Notes: generated from the sequence alone by a model not told the origin. Counted from the stretch's first letter, positions 14,413-28,842 are shown. The stretch is 64,000 bases of DNA from Octopus vulgaris (GCA_951406725.2 OX597814.1:72664001-72728000); one strand, 5' to 3'. Translations and numbers: made by a program.

Positions 14413-14413
<1 letters not shown>

Positions 14414-14869
14414 TAGTGGCTCTCCTGGCTTCTGATCTTAACTGATTGGAAGTGTTATCATGTACATGTTTTGTCTTGGTGTAAGGAGATGGGCTACAGC
14501 AAATAGTCTGTTTAATGCCACAGATTTGCTTGTCAGTTGCTTGACCTTAACCAGTTGAGTATGTCACTAAGTGGCTGATGATATGTTCATCTCTGAACAT
14601 GAGCAGGAGTAGAGAGGGAGAATTATAGCCATGTGTTGAGAGGAATTCTTTGGGTTTGAATAATTCACCTCTGGAAACATGAGGTGGGGAAATGTTTAAA
14701 ACCTAGAAACAACTATCAAGATAGCTCAACTAGTATCGGCTAATCGGAAGTTTTGGAAAATAAAGAAGAAATAGCTGGCTAAGACAATGTGCATGCTGTA
14801 ATGTTATTATATCTTAATAATGTATATTTTACTCAGTTGACAAGACTTAGATATGATCAGTATATAGAG

Positions 14870-15181
14870 CAGAGGCTCTCAAACTTTCCCCCCCCCCCCT
14901 CATGGTCACATAATACCCTCAGCGCCCCACCCCTATTTCTATGTATAAAAATTTCATATTTTACTAATTTATATATACTATGAATCATCTGATATTTAAT
15001 ATGAGATATAATTTGTATACAATACTATAATAATATAAATTCATAAGCGTCCCCCAATCCACTACCTTTCTTCCAATGCCTCCTTTTTCTCTGCTGCCCC
15101 CTTAGACACCAGCACCTACCTGGACCCTCTCAACGCCCACTGGGGCAGGAGGGGCGGTAGCACCTACTTTGTTAATCTATG
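14870..15181. mobile_element. hAT-type MITE
   Basis: Exact 8-bp TSD atatagag on both sides. Degenerate TIRs cagaggctctcaaa / tttgttaatctatg. Confidence 0.75.
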
Positions 15182-15215
15182 ATATAGAGAAATAGAAGGA
15201 ATGTAATGTTGTCTA

Positions 15216-16860
15216 TTATAAATGCAGAGATTGTAAAAGAGACTGGGCATTGGAGAGAGAATCACTGATAAGAGCGATGTCGTCAGCAAAGTCAGTGTCT
15301 GTCAAGTATTTAGCTGGGTGTCTGGAACTTCTTCTAGGTTTTATTTCAAAGCCCTTGCCAGAAATGGTATCAACTGACATACGTAGCACATAGTCAATGA
15401 CAATGATGAAGAGAAATGGGGCGAGTGTGTCTCCCTGCAGTATTCCGGCTTTGATTGAGAAAGATGATGTTTCTCCATCAGGGGTTAAGATGGTTGAAGA
15501 CGTATCTGTGTAGAGGACCTTGATGGCAGAAAAATGTTTTGTCTGGAATCCCATAGAGCTTAAGGATTTCAAACATCTTGTACCTATCTACAGAGTCGAA
15601 CGCTTTAGAAAAGTCTACAAACACCATTGCAAGATCGCGATTAAATGCTTTTCACTCTTCAATAAGTCTGCATAGGCATAGTATTTGGCTCAACGTTGAG
15701 CGCCCATGTCTGAATCCATTTTGGTTCTTTTGGAGCAAAGGTTCAACAAAAAGGACGAGATGGTTTAGAATCAGTTTGTTGTACAATTTTGCAGCAATTG
15801 ACATTAGAGATATACACCCATAGTTGGTGACGAGGGATAAATTGGTGACGAGAGATAAATCGCCTTTTTTGGGTATTGGGATGATTTGAAATTGGTGCCA
15901 AATCTTTGGAGCAATAAAAGTGAAATTGTGTGGTTGCAAAGATTGAGCAAAAGTACGTGAAATCTATCATCCTTCCAAATTATAGCTGGGATATTGTCGG
16001 GACCAAATGCTTTTGAGGCTTTCAGTTGTTTAGTGGCTGCTGTTAGTTCAAATATGGTAAAAGGGGAGGTGTTGATGTCCAGCATATCTGATATAGGCAC
16101 ACTTGGAAGAGTGGGGTTATCAGGGATTTTGGCATTCTTTCCTAGATGGTTTTTTAAATGAATTGACCAATTTTCTAAACGTTTCTTAGCTGATCCTCCT
16201 TTAATTCTAATTGACGATCCAGAATTTTTGCCTGATAGGTCTTTGATGGATTTCCAGGCAAGATGGAGTTTTTTACTAATGTGCTCTTTAGATAGTTTGC
16301 TAATTTTGCCATTGATAAAGTCAACCTCGGCATTCAAGTAAGCATCATTAAGATTCTTCTTGGCAGTTATGAGTTGGATCTTCAGTGACTGGGATGGAGA
16401 ATGGTGGTAAGCTAGTGATAAAGACTTTAGATGGTTTCTGGCTTCGATGACATTTGGAGAATTAGAAGGTTTGCTCTGGCCCCTACTCTTCTTTTTGGGA
16501 AGAGTAGCCAGTGCAACTCCCTTGTTGATTTGATGAGGCTGCTGTAGACTTCTTCAATGTTCTCAGCATCTATTTCAGAAGTAGACAAAGATTGAAATTT
16601 GTTATAGACCTCAATAGTAAATTGCTTGGACATATCGCGGTTAGATGAGACTTCCTCCCAGTCGATCGTTTTCATCGGGTGAGGCTTAGCTTTTTTGGAT
16701 GAGCGAAGACTAAGCTTAACGGTAGCTGATACAATTTTGTGGTAGGAGCCAACAGAACTAAAGGAAGAGTAGGATCTCGAGTCTTTGACACTATTGTGCC
16801 ACTTCTTTCGAAAAATGAGGTAGTCAATTTGTGCCCTATCACCAAGTGGATACTCGATGT
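15216..16860 (-). mobile_element. Frameshifted RTE-like LINE fragment (APE C-terminus + RT)
   Basis: QIDYLIF..SSVGS (APE), KAFGPDNIP, IPIPKKGD, QNGFR, QGDTLAPFLF and DFADDIAL motifs. Confidence 0.88.
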
Positions 16861-17589
16861 AATCTCCAGGGATACAGGCATCCAACAACAGGACCACCAT
16901 AATGCATAGCATAGTAAATTCCATTGTCTCGACCACGGTCGAACAATGATGATGATGATTATAAATGCCAACTTCAAAACTAAGAGAAAGTAGCTCAGGG
17001 AAATGTTGAAGATGCTAAATACACAAATGTAATATAGTGAGATTATGCATGCAATTAGTAGACAAAAACTCTTTTCAGCAAATTATTAAAATCTAAAAAA
17101 AGGAGACTAGCCATGCAATTAGTAGTCAAAATCTATTTGTGGGGTATTTAGAATATAAAAATAACAAAATGCAGACAGAAGGGATTTCAATTAGTTGCTT
17201 TCAGATTTTAAATTTCCCTGACAAGGTTTTGTAAACTAATTGCATGAATAATGTCAGTTAATCAAAGTTTTTCAACTAACTTATATGATGTGAGGCCCAA
17301 CTGTAATGTGTATTATATATATTAAATATGTGGAATGTTCCTCAGAAGTATTTTTCATCCAGTCCCAGTCTCTCTGGCTGTTGCTTGATTATTCTTTCAG
17401 TTGCATTCTTGCATTTTAGATATTACAGATAAGTTTTCTTGCATTTATATTCTGAAAGTAATTTTTATACAGATTAAATATATTTTAGTATTCTCAAGGA
17501 GAAAGTTATGAGACCTTAAACAACATTTACATTACCCCAACCCAGGTGGTTGCTACCCATTGTTTAAAAACTATCAAGTCATGAGATAT

Positions 17590-17841
17590 CTTTTAACTTT
17601 TACTTGTTTCAGTCATTAGACTGTGGCCATGCTAGGGCACCACCATGAAAATTTTTTAGCTGAATGAATTAACTCCAGTACTTATTTTTTCTTATTATCA
17701 GTCTCTTTTGCTGAACCACTAAGTTACATGAGTGTAAACATACCGGTTGTTAAGTAGTGGTGTGGGTCAAACAGATATAAAGATATGCATACAAACACAC
17801 ATACACACATACATACATACATACATACATACATACATACA

Positions 17842-17913
<72 letters not shown>

Positions 17914-18117
17914 AGTTGTCAAGCAGTGGTGGGGGACAAACACAAACACACATATATGACAGGCTTCTTTCAGTTTCCAGCAACCAAATTCACTCACAAG
18001 GCTTTGGTCAGCCCAAGGCTATAGTAGAAAACACTTGTCCAAGGTACCATGCAATGGGACTGAACTTGGAACCATGTGGTTGGGAAGCAAACTTCTTAAC
18101 ATATAGCCATGCCAGCA
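17590..18117 (-). mobile_element. tRNA-derived SINE with expanded internal (TACA)n/(TA)n
   Basis: Homologous to the other SINE copies, with a partial internal duplication around the microsatellite. Confidence 0.8.
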
Positions 18118-18504
18118 CCTATAATAGATATCATTTTATGTACCATTCGCATATCATTTTCCTTTTTTTTCTGTCTTCTCAACTGCTTTCTCTCTCCCTC
18201 ATTCCCTCTATTTCTGAGAAATGGGGATAGAAATAATTATTTAGTGTTCAATGGGGTTAAAGTTTGAATTTAGTTAAGTTTAGTATTCTCTTTTGCATTA
18301 ATGATTGGTGCAGTTCGGCTGATTGGTTAAGAAGTTCACTTTGCTATCATGAGGTCCTGGTTTTCATTCTGTTGTGTAACATCTTGGGCAAGTGTCATTT
18401 TCCACACCCCTGGGTCAACCCATATTTTGTGAATGAAATTGGGTAGATAGAAATTGTGTAGAAGCCTGTTGAGTGGTTTGTACCTGTAATTCAAATGTCC
18501 AGCT

Positions 18505-19193
18505 TGTAAAAACTAACACTTCCTTTTTCTGAGCTGAGATTTGAAACTGAATCTAAGGATTCTCACTTGTCTGATCTACCACTAACCAAACAAGTGCAAA
18601 AGAAATTTATTTGTCCTGTCAAAAAAATTATGGATGGTTTCCCTTCGACCTTCAACCTCAGCCATGTCATTTAAGGTTCAAGTAAACAGGAGGCAACCTA
18701 CATAGGTAGGAATTTCTCCTGTGGTATGTCTGTCCTTCTAGCTATCACAACCATTATAAATACAGCAATCTGTCAATGGATAGCAGAGAGTGAAATAGCC
18801 AGAGGCAAGATGGCCAGCAAGTAACTTTGCCAGTTAAGCAGGCAACAGAGATCCAGATACTCACTATGAACGAACCAACATAGTAGCAGTTTCAGAACAA
18901 AGACAGACATCACTGAATGACCAATGCACAGGCAGACACAAAACATGTCCAGTTCTACTTCATCATATTGACACAGTATTTACCTTGTTAATTTCTTCTT
19001 GACTAGCTCAAAGTAGAGTTGGTAATGTCATGTAGTGAGATTTTTGGTGTATACAACAAATAAATGCAAGTGTCATTTAAATAAATTATTTAAACTACAA
19101 TACAAATGTTTTCCCATTGTTTTACTTTGACGTCGTCCACATGCCTATTTCATCTGCTACCTCAACATCTTTTGTTACACCTTTCCCACTACA
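18505..19193 (+). mobile_element. Solo LTR of the Gypsy family at 56600-60396
   Basis: TG...CA ends, exact 4-bp TSD agct, colinear inverted homology to 59755-60396. Confidence 0.88.
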
Positions 19194-19598
19194 AGCTGTG
19201 TCACACTGTCATACTTATTGCAACTCAGAATTGCATTAAGGATACAAGTGTCTGTGGAATACTCAGCCATTTACACACAAATTCAATAAACCTAGTAGAT
19301 AAGAGGATCTAACAATGGAACACATGTAATTGAAAATTCCAACAAAGATGCATTTATTATATTTATGGAAAGCATTTTGGCATTTTTACATCCCATCTTT
19401 AATCAATGTAGAGAAGCTGATGAACATTAAAAGCTAGTTAAAGCTACATGTATATTTTTATTTCTTAGTGAAATAAGATTCAGGCAAAAACCACGTAGAA
19501 TGCTATGCAAAGCTCCTATAGAGTTATTGACTACCTAATGTCATGCTCCTGCTATTGCATATACACCAGAAATTTCATAGAACCCATGGAGTTTATAT

Positions 19599-19688
19599 AA
19601 ATAGATAAATGATAGAAAATGGAATGAATAACATTCTTTACTTAAATAAAGAATGACATTCATTCCATTTTCTATCATTTATCTGTTT
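19599..19688. repeat. Near-perfect ~90-bp palindrome
   Basis: aaatagataaatgatagaaaatggaatgaat..cattcttta cttaaa taaagaatg..attcattccattttctatcatttatctgttt. Confidence 0.9.
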
Positions 19689-20483
19689 CTAATTCTTCAT
19701 TCAGTCACCCATATTCATATCATCTGTAATACTCACAGACAACATTTACATCATCAGAGCGTTTAAGTTAAAGTAATGTATAAACCATGTGTACATAGAA
19801 ATTGAAATGAAAGAGAACACTGAATATTGATACCTTTATCTACCAAGCCAGACACATTTACTTTTTATTTTCTCAAATCTGTTATAAATTCCAACGAGAC
19901 TTGTAGTTAAACACAAGTATATAGAAACTGTTACTGTTTGAGTGTTCTGAATTTCTCAAATCTTCATCCCAATATTTATTGGAAAATTCATTTAGATATC
20001 TACTGTATTTTCTGGCATATAAGAGACACTTTTATTATCATTTTTAAATGTATAAAAAAATTTGATTTGCCTCTAATGCAGCTGGATAAGCATAAATCTG
20101 CTAGGCACAAATCAAGTCATCATAGTAAGTTATTACAAAGTTACAAAAAATTGCTTGCAGTATGTTGGCATCTATGTAGCGAGGTCATGTAATCTCCTTA
20201 TATCTTCTTCCCCAGCATGTATAAAACACATACTTTAATGTCTGTGTTACCTTTTAGAAACAGTTATTTATAATCTCAATGGGAAATTCTTCCATTTGCA
20301 ACAAGTGGATTACAGCAAAACTATTGTGGTGGTGTGCCACTCTGATGGCCAATTGCAGTTGCATAAGACATCACAGCCGAAAATACTACTTTCACATCCT
20401 GTTTGGCAATTCTCTTGACCAAAATATGAACAACTACACAGTTGATCTTAGAGAAAATAAAGTTAAGATATGGTAGTCCTATA

Positions 20484-20650
20484 CAGGCCTGTCGTCAGAC
20501 TTTTGGTGCCTGGGGATGCTTGAGGATGTTCTGGGTGGGCCCTAATTACTAATAATGATGATAAAGTGGAATTTCAAAATAAGTGTATCACTATAAATCT
20601 GAGGGTGCACTATTGAATAGTAAGAGTGTACCTCCTTAATGACAGGCATG
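20484..20650. mobile_element. Short hAT-type MITE
   Basis: TIRs caggcctgtcgt / atgacaggcatg. 8-bp TSD gtcctata / gttctata. Confidence 0.65.
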
Positions 20651-21029
20651 GTTCTATAATGTAGTTTGTTTATGATAAATTTATGGTATTATTCAAGAAT
20701 GCTGCATAAGTTACACTGTATAAACCTATATAAAGTGTAGGTTTCAAGAAATTTTATTAAATGAAATGCTTAGTATTTGAGGTATTTCATAAAATTAAGT
20801 CAAGTGTAGCAATTAAATGGATTCAGTGGTTATTTCAGGTAATTTAATCTGAAATACTTTAGCTTCCTCAGGTATTTTTTTCTTTTTTTTGCTTTAGTTG
20901 AATGTGCCGAGTGAAGCGTTCAGATAAATAGTAAGATATTATTGCACACCTGTTTGTTAGAAGCAAAAGTAGGTCACTCGTTCTAGTTATTGTTGGTAAA
21001 ACATTACTACTACATGAGTGTATCTGAGA

Positions 21030-21665
<636 letters not shown>

Positions 21666-21682
21666 TTTTATTTTATAGAAGG

Positions 21683-21733
21683 AGCTTCTACAGGACTAGA
21701 ACTGTTTCATTCAAAAGAAATCATCAGGAAGCT
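21683..21733 (-). ncRNA. Type I hammerhead ribozyme (inverted pLTR copy)
   Basis: Reverse complement of 28843-28893. Confidence 0.8.
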
Positions 21734-22688
21734 AGTAGACAAGAGTTGTTTTGGCATTTATACATTTAGGCAGGTTTAAATGGGTGGTGGTGGTGGACTT
21801 TTTTGGGGGGTAGGCATGGCGCAAAACTGTCATTATAAGGGGAGTGGTCAAAGGAATCGTTGGTAAAGTAGATAATAGAATAAATAAAAGAATAAAAAAA
21901 TAAAATAAAAAGATAAAAAAATATAAATAGAAAAATAGGGTTTTAGGTAAGTAGGGAGACTCTCACTTGTACATCTACATATATATATATACACATATAT
22001 ACACCCGCATATTCACATATATCTATACATATACATACATACCCACATATACATACATATATATATATATATATATACATACATACACATACATATACAT
22101 ATATATATACATACATATACATACATACATACACATACCCATGTACGTACACACAGATACACATATACATACATATACATACATATATGTATACCCACTC
22201 GCACAAATATATACAAATGCATATACATGCACACACATACACACACATTTTTATTCTCTTATTTTAATTTTATTATTACTGCTTTTGTTTATATCTTTAT
22301 TTTTATTTTTATCTTGACCGGTCAATCGGTCTCAAGGGACGATCTAAAGATTCCGTTTATCTGTCTACTTACTTACGCAGGCACTCACTCACGCCCACAC
22401 ACTCACACGTACACACACGTACGTGTTATATTCATACACGCATACATCTACATACATTCACGTATATTCACATACACGCATACACATACATACCTCAACA
22501 CACTCACAGAAGACTAGTCCATACATATACACTAATTAATATATATACACATATACATATACACATACATACACATACATACATATACATACACATATAC
22601 ATATATATATATACATATATACTCATATACATATACATACACATATACACTCATACATATATACACACACACATACATATACATATAC

Positions 22689-22743
<55 letters not shown>

Positions 22744-22763
22744 GGGATACATGCATACTCAAC

Positions 22764-22799
<36 letters not shown>

Positions 22800-22804
22800 T
22801 AATA

Positions 22805-24145
22805 TCATCATCATCATCATCATGGTTTAGCGTCCGCTTTCCATGCTAGCATGTGTTGGACGGGTCAACTGGGGTCTGTGAAGCTGGAAGGCTTCGTCAG
22901 GCCCAGTCAGATCTGGCAGTGTTTCTACGGCTGGATGCCCTTCCTAACGCCAACCACTCCGCGAGTGTAGTGGGTGTTTTTTACGTGCCACCTGCACAGG
23001 TGCCAGACAGAGCTGGCGAACGGCCACGAACGGATGGTGCTTTTACGTGTCACCGGCACGGGGCCAGGCGATGCTGGCAACGGACACGAACGGATGGTGC
23101 TTTTACGTGCCACCGACACGGGGCCAGACAGAGCTGGCAACCGGCCACGAACGGACGGTGCTTTTACGTGTCACCGGCACGGGGGCCAGCCGAGGCTGGC
23201 AACGGACGCGAACGGATGGTGCTTTTACGTGCCACCGACACGGTTGCCAGACAGAGCTGGCAAACGGCCACGAGCGGACGGTGCTTTTACGTGTCACCGG
23301 CACGGGGGCCAGCCGAGGCTGGCAACGGACACGAACGGATGGTGCTTTTACGTGCCACCGACACGGGGGCCAGACAGAGCTGGCAAACGGCCACGAACGG
23401 ATGGTGCTTTTACGTGCCACCGACACGGGGCCAGACAGAGCTGGCAAACGGCCACGAAGGGGCGGTGCTTTTACGTGTCACCGGCACGGGGCCAGGCGAG
23501 GCTGGCAACGAACACGAACGGATGGTGCTTTTACGTGCCACCGACACGGGGCCAGGCAGAGCTGGCAAACGGCCACGAGCGAATGGTGCTTTTACGTATC
23601 ACCGGCACGGGTGCCAGACGAGGCTGACAGCGGACACGAACGGATGGGTCACTTAACCCCTGCTTTCTGATATATGATTTGATTTTGATTGTTCTCACTG
23701 GTCTTGCCGGGTCTTCTCACGCACAGCATACTTCCATAGGTCTCGGTCTCTGGTCATTTCCTTGGTGAGACCTAGAGTTCGAAGGTCGTGCTTCACCACC
23801 TCGACCCAGGTTTTCCTGGGTCTACCTCTTCCACAGGTCCCCTCAACTGCCAGGGTGTGGCACTTTTTCACACACCTATCTTCATCCATTCTCACCACGT
23901 GACCATACCAGCGCAATCGTCTCTCTTGCACACAACATCTGATTCCTCTTAGGTCCAACTTTTCTCTCAAGGTACTTACACTCTGTCGACTATGAACACT
24001 GACATTACACATCCAACGGAGCATACTAGCTTCATTTCTCGCGAGCTTACGCATGTCCTCAGCAGTCACGGCCCATGTTTCACTGCCATGTAGCATGGCT
24101 GTTCGTACACATGCATCATACAGTCTGCCTTTTACTCTGAGCGAG
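22805..24145 (-). mobile_element. Young 5'-truncated RTE-type LINE nested in the pLTR (AAT)n tract
   Basis: ORF 23695-24096 (MLHGSETW...RLRWYGHV...GRGRPRKTW), (cat)n tail at 22805-22822. The pLTR resumes at 24146. Confidence 0.92.
22975..23648. repeat. GC-rich ~60-bp minisatellite in the RTE 3' UTR
   Basis: About 11 units of ...acgaacggatggtgcttttacgtg(c/t)caccg(a/g)cacgggg..., with two mostly alternating variants. Confidence 0.92.
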
Positions 24146-24327
24146 TAATAATAAAAATAATAAATATATATACGTGCAGTTACCCATTATACAAACGGAT
24201 ACATACATATAAACATACCCATATATACCTATTTACACATATGTACATACACACATAACTCTACATACCTACATATACATAAACACACAAGCGTACATAT
24301 ATATATATACATATATATACATATACA

Positions 24328-24703
24328 GGCGCAGGAGTGGCTGTGTGGTAAGTAGCTTGCTAACCAACCACACGGTTGCGGGTTCAGTCCCACTGCGTGG
24401 CATCTTGGGCAAGTGTCTTCTGCTATAGCCCCGGGCCGACCAATGCCTTGTGAGTGGATTTGGTAGACGGAAACTGAAAGAAGCCTGTCGTATATATGTA
24501 TATATATGTATATGTGTGTGTGTTTGTGTGTCTGTGTTTGCCCCCCTAGCATTGCTTGACAACCGATGCTGGTGTGTTTAGGTCCCCGTCACTTAGCGGT
24601 TCGGCAAAAAGAGACCGATAGAATAAGTACTAAAAGGTGGTGCTCCAGCATGGCCGCAGTCAAATGACTGAAACAAGTAAAAGAGTAAAAGAGTAAAAGA
24701 GTA
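24328..24703 (+). mobile_element. tRNA-derived SINE
   Basis: Head ggcgcaggagtggctgtgtggtaag...gggttcagtccc (A/B-box-like), tail gactgaaacaa(gtaaaaga)n. Confidence 0.9.
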
Positions 24704-24731
24704 TACATATATATATACATACACATACACA

Positions 24732-25952
24732 TTGACCCCCTTCGACGTCAGCATGGGTGCTAGCGACTCGGCTGAAATAAGTGACCTTGTGGGCCTTTTC
24801 ATCCTCCATAAGCTGAAGACCCTATTCACAGGCCTCTCCGGTGGTCTTTACCGCGATGATGGCCTTTTTGCCCTCCGCAAAATAAACCCCAGGACCACGG
24901 ATTGGTTCCGGAAAAATCTTTACACTTTTTTTAAAAACTTAGGCCTTAGGATTACCTTAGAATCCAACTTAACCAAAGCTAACTTCCTTGACGTTACCCT
25001 CGACTTAAAAACCTCACTTTATTACCCGTACCACAAACCAAATGAATCCCTTAGATATATAGATATTAATTCCAACCACCCCAAAAATATATTAGACAAC
25101 CTAGTAAAAAGTGTCTCAATTAGAATATCTAGCCTGTCCGCTACTGAAGATATCTTTAATGCCGCAGACCCCTATTACAACGAGGCCCTGGCCCGCAGTG
25201 GCTTTAAAGATAAGATCACCTATACTAGTATAGCCCCACGCCAACCCAGGAAAAATAGGCGAAGACACATTAGCTGGTACAACCTCCCCTTCAACCGTGA
25301 GGTCGCTACACCTGTAGCTAAAATCTTCTTCACTCTCCTACAGAAACACTTCCCCACCCAACGTAAGTACTATACTATCCTAAATAAGAACACCATTAGA
25401 CTCTCCTACTCTACCACGCCCAATCTAGCCAGGAACCTAGCCAACAACAACGTGAAAAAACTTAATATATCTACTCTTTCCGAGGCCCATCCAACATCCG
25501 ATAGCAATTTCAACTGCCCTGATAAAACCACCTGCCCCCTCAACAACAACTGCCTACAGAGGGACCTCGTATATACATGCGAGGTACGATCAGGCCCCGA
25601 TGATAAAAGAAAAGCGTACATCGGAATGACGTCAAACAGCTTTAAGACCCGTTGGTACGCCCACACACACTCGTTCCGGCGACCTGATAAATCCAACCAA
25701 ACTACCCTCGCCGCTCACATCTGGTACCTTAAAAGGAACTCCATCCCCTTCAAGACCAAGTGGAGACTACTACAGAAGGCGCGTTCGTACACAGGAGGCC
25801 ATACCTGCTGTGACCTTTGCATTTCCGAGAGCCTAGAGATCTTGTTCGCCAAAGGCCATCTCCTCAACAAGATCTCAGAACACTCCCCAAATTGCATGCA
25901 TAAAATTTATGCAAACTACAAGAACTATAGACCCACCCGGCAACCCGATTGA
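24732..25952 (+). CDS. Penelope-like RT (C-terminal half) + GIY-YIG endonuclease, 5'-truncated, Naiad-like
   Basis: FDVSMG..AEISDLVG, GLYRDDGL, NFLDVTL, SNHP, CPLNNNCL..LVY...YIGMT..FKTR, CDLC..E..LLNK..C.H. Confidence 0.9.
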   Translation: MTPFDVSMGASDSAEISDLVGLFILHKLKTLFTGLSGGLYRDDGLFALRKINPRTTDWFRKNLYTFFKNLGLRITLESNLTKANFLDVTLDLKTSLYYPYHKPNESLRYIDINSNHPKNILDNLVKSVSIRISSLSATEDIFNAADPYYNEALARSGFKDKITYTSIAPRQPRKNRRRHISWYNLPFNREVATPVAKIFFTLLQKHFPTQRKYYTILNKNTIRLSYSTTPNLARNLANNNVKKLNISTLSEAHPTSDSNFNCPDKTTCPLNNNCLQRDLVYTCEVRSGPDDKRKAYIGMTSNSFKTRWYAHTHSFRRPDKSNQTTLAAHIWYLKRNSIPFKTKWRLLQKARSYTGGHTCCDLCISESLEILFAKGHLLNKISEHSPNCMHKIYANYKNYRPTRQPD

Positions 25953-27574
25953 CGACACCCCACCCCCAACCCCCCCAACCCCACCGTTCCCCCAGCACCC
26001 CCGATTAACTTTCCTCCTAAGACTATTCACAGATTGTATTTGTACACTTGTATATATGTATTGTATATATGTATAGAAATGAATAGGTGTTAGTAGGAAT
26101 ATAGGCATGTATGTGAGTGCGTGTATGTGTATTTGTATGTACATGTGTATGGGTGTATGTGTGTGGTTTTTTATATTTTATATGTTTTTATACATATATA
26201 TATATATATATATATATGAATGTGTATATATATGTGTATATATATGTGTGTATGTATGTGTATGTGTATGTATGTGTATGTATATATGTGTATATATGTG
26301 TGTATGTCTGTGTATGTATGTATGTGTGTATATATATATATATGTATATATATGTATGTGTATATATATGTATATATATGTGTATATATATATATATATA
26401 TGTGTATATATATGTGTACGCTCGTGTGTTTAGGTATATGTAAGTATGTAGAGTTGTGTGTATGTGTATGTATGTATATATATGTATATGTGTAGATGGG
26501 TATATACGTGTATGCTTATATGCATGTTTCCGTCTGTACAAAGGGTAACTGCATGTGTATATATATCTATTATTTATTATTCATTATTTATTACACGAGT
26601 ATGCGTTTGTATGCATGTATGTATTTATGTATATAAGGAGGCGCGTGAGTGTGTGTATGTGTATGCATTTGTATAAACATATGTATACATTTATGCATGT
26701 ATGTGCTTGTGTGTATATATATGTGTGTATGTATGTGTATATGTGTGTGTGTGTGTATGTGTATGTGTATATATATATGTGTGTGTGTAATGTATATATA
26801 GATATATATATATGTATATATATATGTATATATATATGTATATGTATGTGTATGTATGTGTATGTGTATGTATGTATGTATATGTATGTATGTATGTGTA
26901 TATGTGTGTGTATGTATGTGTATGTATGTGTATGTATGTATGTCTGTATATGTATATATATATGTATATGTATATATGTATATATATATATGTATATATA
27001 TGTATATGTGTGTATATATATATATATATGTGTGTACGCTCGTGTGTTAAAGTATATGTAAGTATGTAGAGTTATGTGTATGTACATGTATGTATGTATA
27101 TATGCATATGTGCAGATAGGTATATACGTGTATGCATATATGTATGTTTCCGTCTGTACAAAGGGTAACTGCATGTGTATATATATCTATTATTCATTAT
27201 TTATTACACGAGTATGCGTTTGTATGCATGTATGTATTTATGTATATAAGGAGGCGCGTGAGTGTGTGTATGCATTTGTATAAACATATGTATACATTTA
27301 TGCATGTATGTGCTTGTGTGTATGTGTATGTATGTATATGTATATATATATGTGTGTATATATACACATGTATATATATATATATGTATATATATGTATA
27401 TATATATATATATGTATGTATATGTATATGTGTGTGTATGTGTATGTGTATATATATATGTGTAGATGTGTGTGTAAATGTATATATATATATATGTGTG
27501 TGTGTGTGTATGTGTGTGTATGTGTGTATGTGTGTATGTGTATATGGATGTGTATATATATGTGTGTGTATGTG

Positions 27575-27614
<40 letters not shown>

Positions 27615-28842
27615 TATGTATATATATGTATATATATATGTACGCTTGTGTGTTTATGTATATGTAGGTATGTAGAGTTACGTGTGTATGTATGTATGTA
27701 TGTATATATACATAAGTGTAAATAGGTATATATGGGTATGTTTATATGTATGTATCCGTTTGTATAATGGGTAACTGCACGTATATATATTTATTATTTT
27801 TATTATTATTATTATCATTATTATTATTATTATTATTATTATTAGTTGAGTATGCATGTATCCCGTTTTATATATATATATATATATATGTATATGTATA
27901 TGTATATGTATGTGTGTGTGTATATATGTATGAGTGTATATGTGTATGTATATGTATATGAGTATATATGTATATATATATATATGTATATGTGTATGTA
28001 TATGTATGTATGTGTATATGTATATGTGTATATATATTAATTAGTGTATATGTATGGACTAGTCTTCTGTGAGTGTGTTGAGGTATGTATGTGTATGCGT
28101 GTATGTGAATATACGTGAATGTATGTAGATGTATGCGTGTATGAATATAACACGTACGTGTGTGTACGTGTGAGTGTGTGGGCGTGAGTGAGTGCCTGCG
28201 TAAGTAAGTAGACAGATAAACGGAATCTTTAGATCGTCCCTTGAGACCGATTGACCGGTCAAGATAAAAATAAAAATAAAGATATAAACAAAAAGCAGTA
28301 ATAATAAAATTAAAATAAGAGAATAAAAATGTGTGTGTATGTGTGTGCATGTATATGCATTTGTATATATTTGTGCGAGTGGGTATACATATATGTATGT
28401 ATATGTATGTATATGTGTATCTGTGTGTACGTACATGGGTATGTGTATGTATGTATGTATATGTATGTATATATATATGTATATGTATGTGTATGTATGT
28501 ATATATATATATATATATGTATGTATATGTGGGTATGTATGTATATGTATAGATATATGTGAATATGCGGGTGTATATATGTGTATATATATATATGTAG
28601 ATGTACAAGTGAGAGTCTCCCTACTTACCTAAAACCCTATTTTTCTATTTATATTTTTTTATCTTTTTATTTTATTTTTTTATTCTTTTATTTATTCTAT
28701 TATCTACTTTACCAACGATTCCTTTGACCACTCCCCCTTATAATGACAGTTTTGCGCCATGCCTACCCCCCAAAAAAGTCCACCACCACCACCCATTTAA
28801 ACCTGCCTAAATGTATAAATGCCAAAACAACTCTTGTCTACT

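Noticed and set aside
22853-23670. 200-270 aa repetitive ORFs and a CRISPR-like look of the 60-bp array
   Set aside because: Tandem minisatellite in a LINE 3' UTR, with no unique spacers, no cas genes and a eukaryotic context.
24328-24400. tRNA-like sequence
   Set aside because: SINE head with A/B-box-like motifs but no complete cloverleaf; not a tRNA gene.
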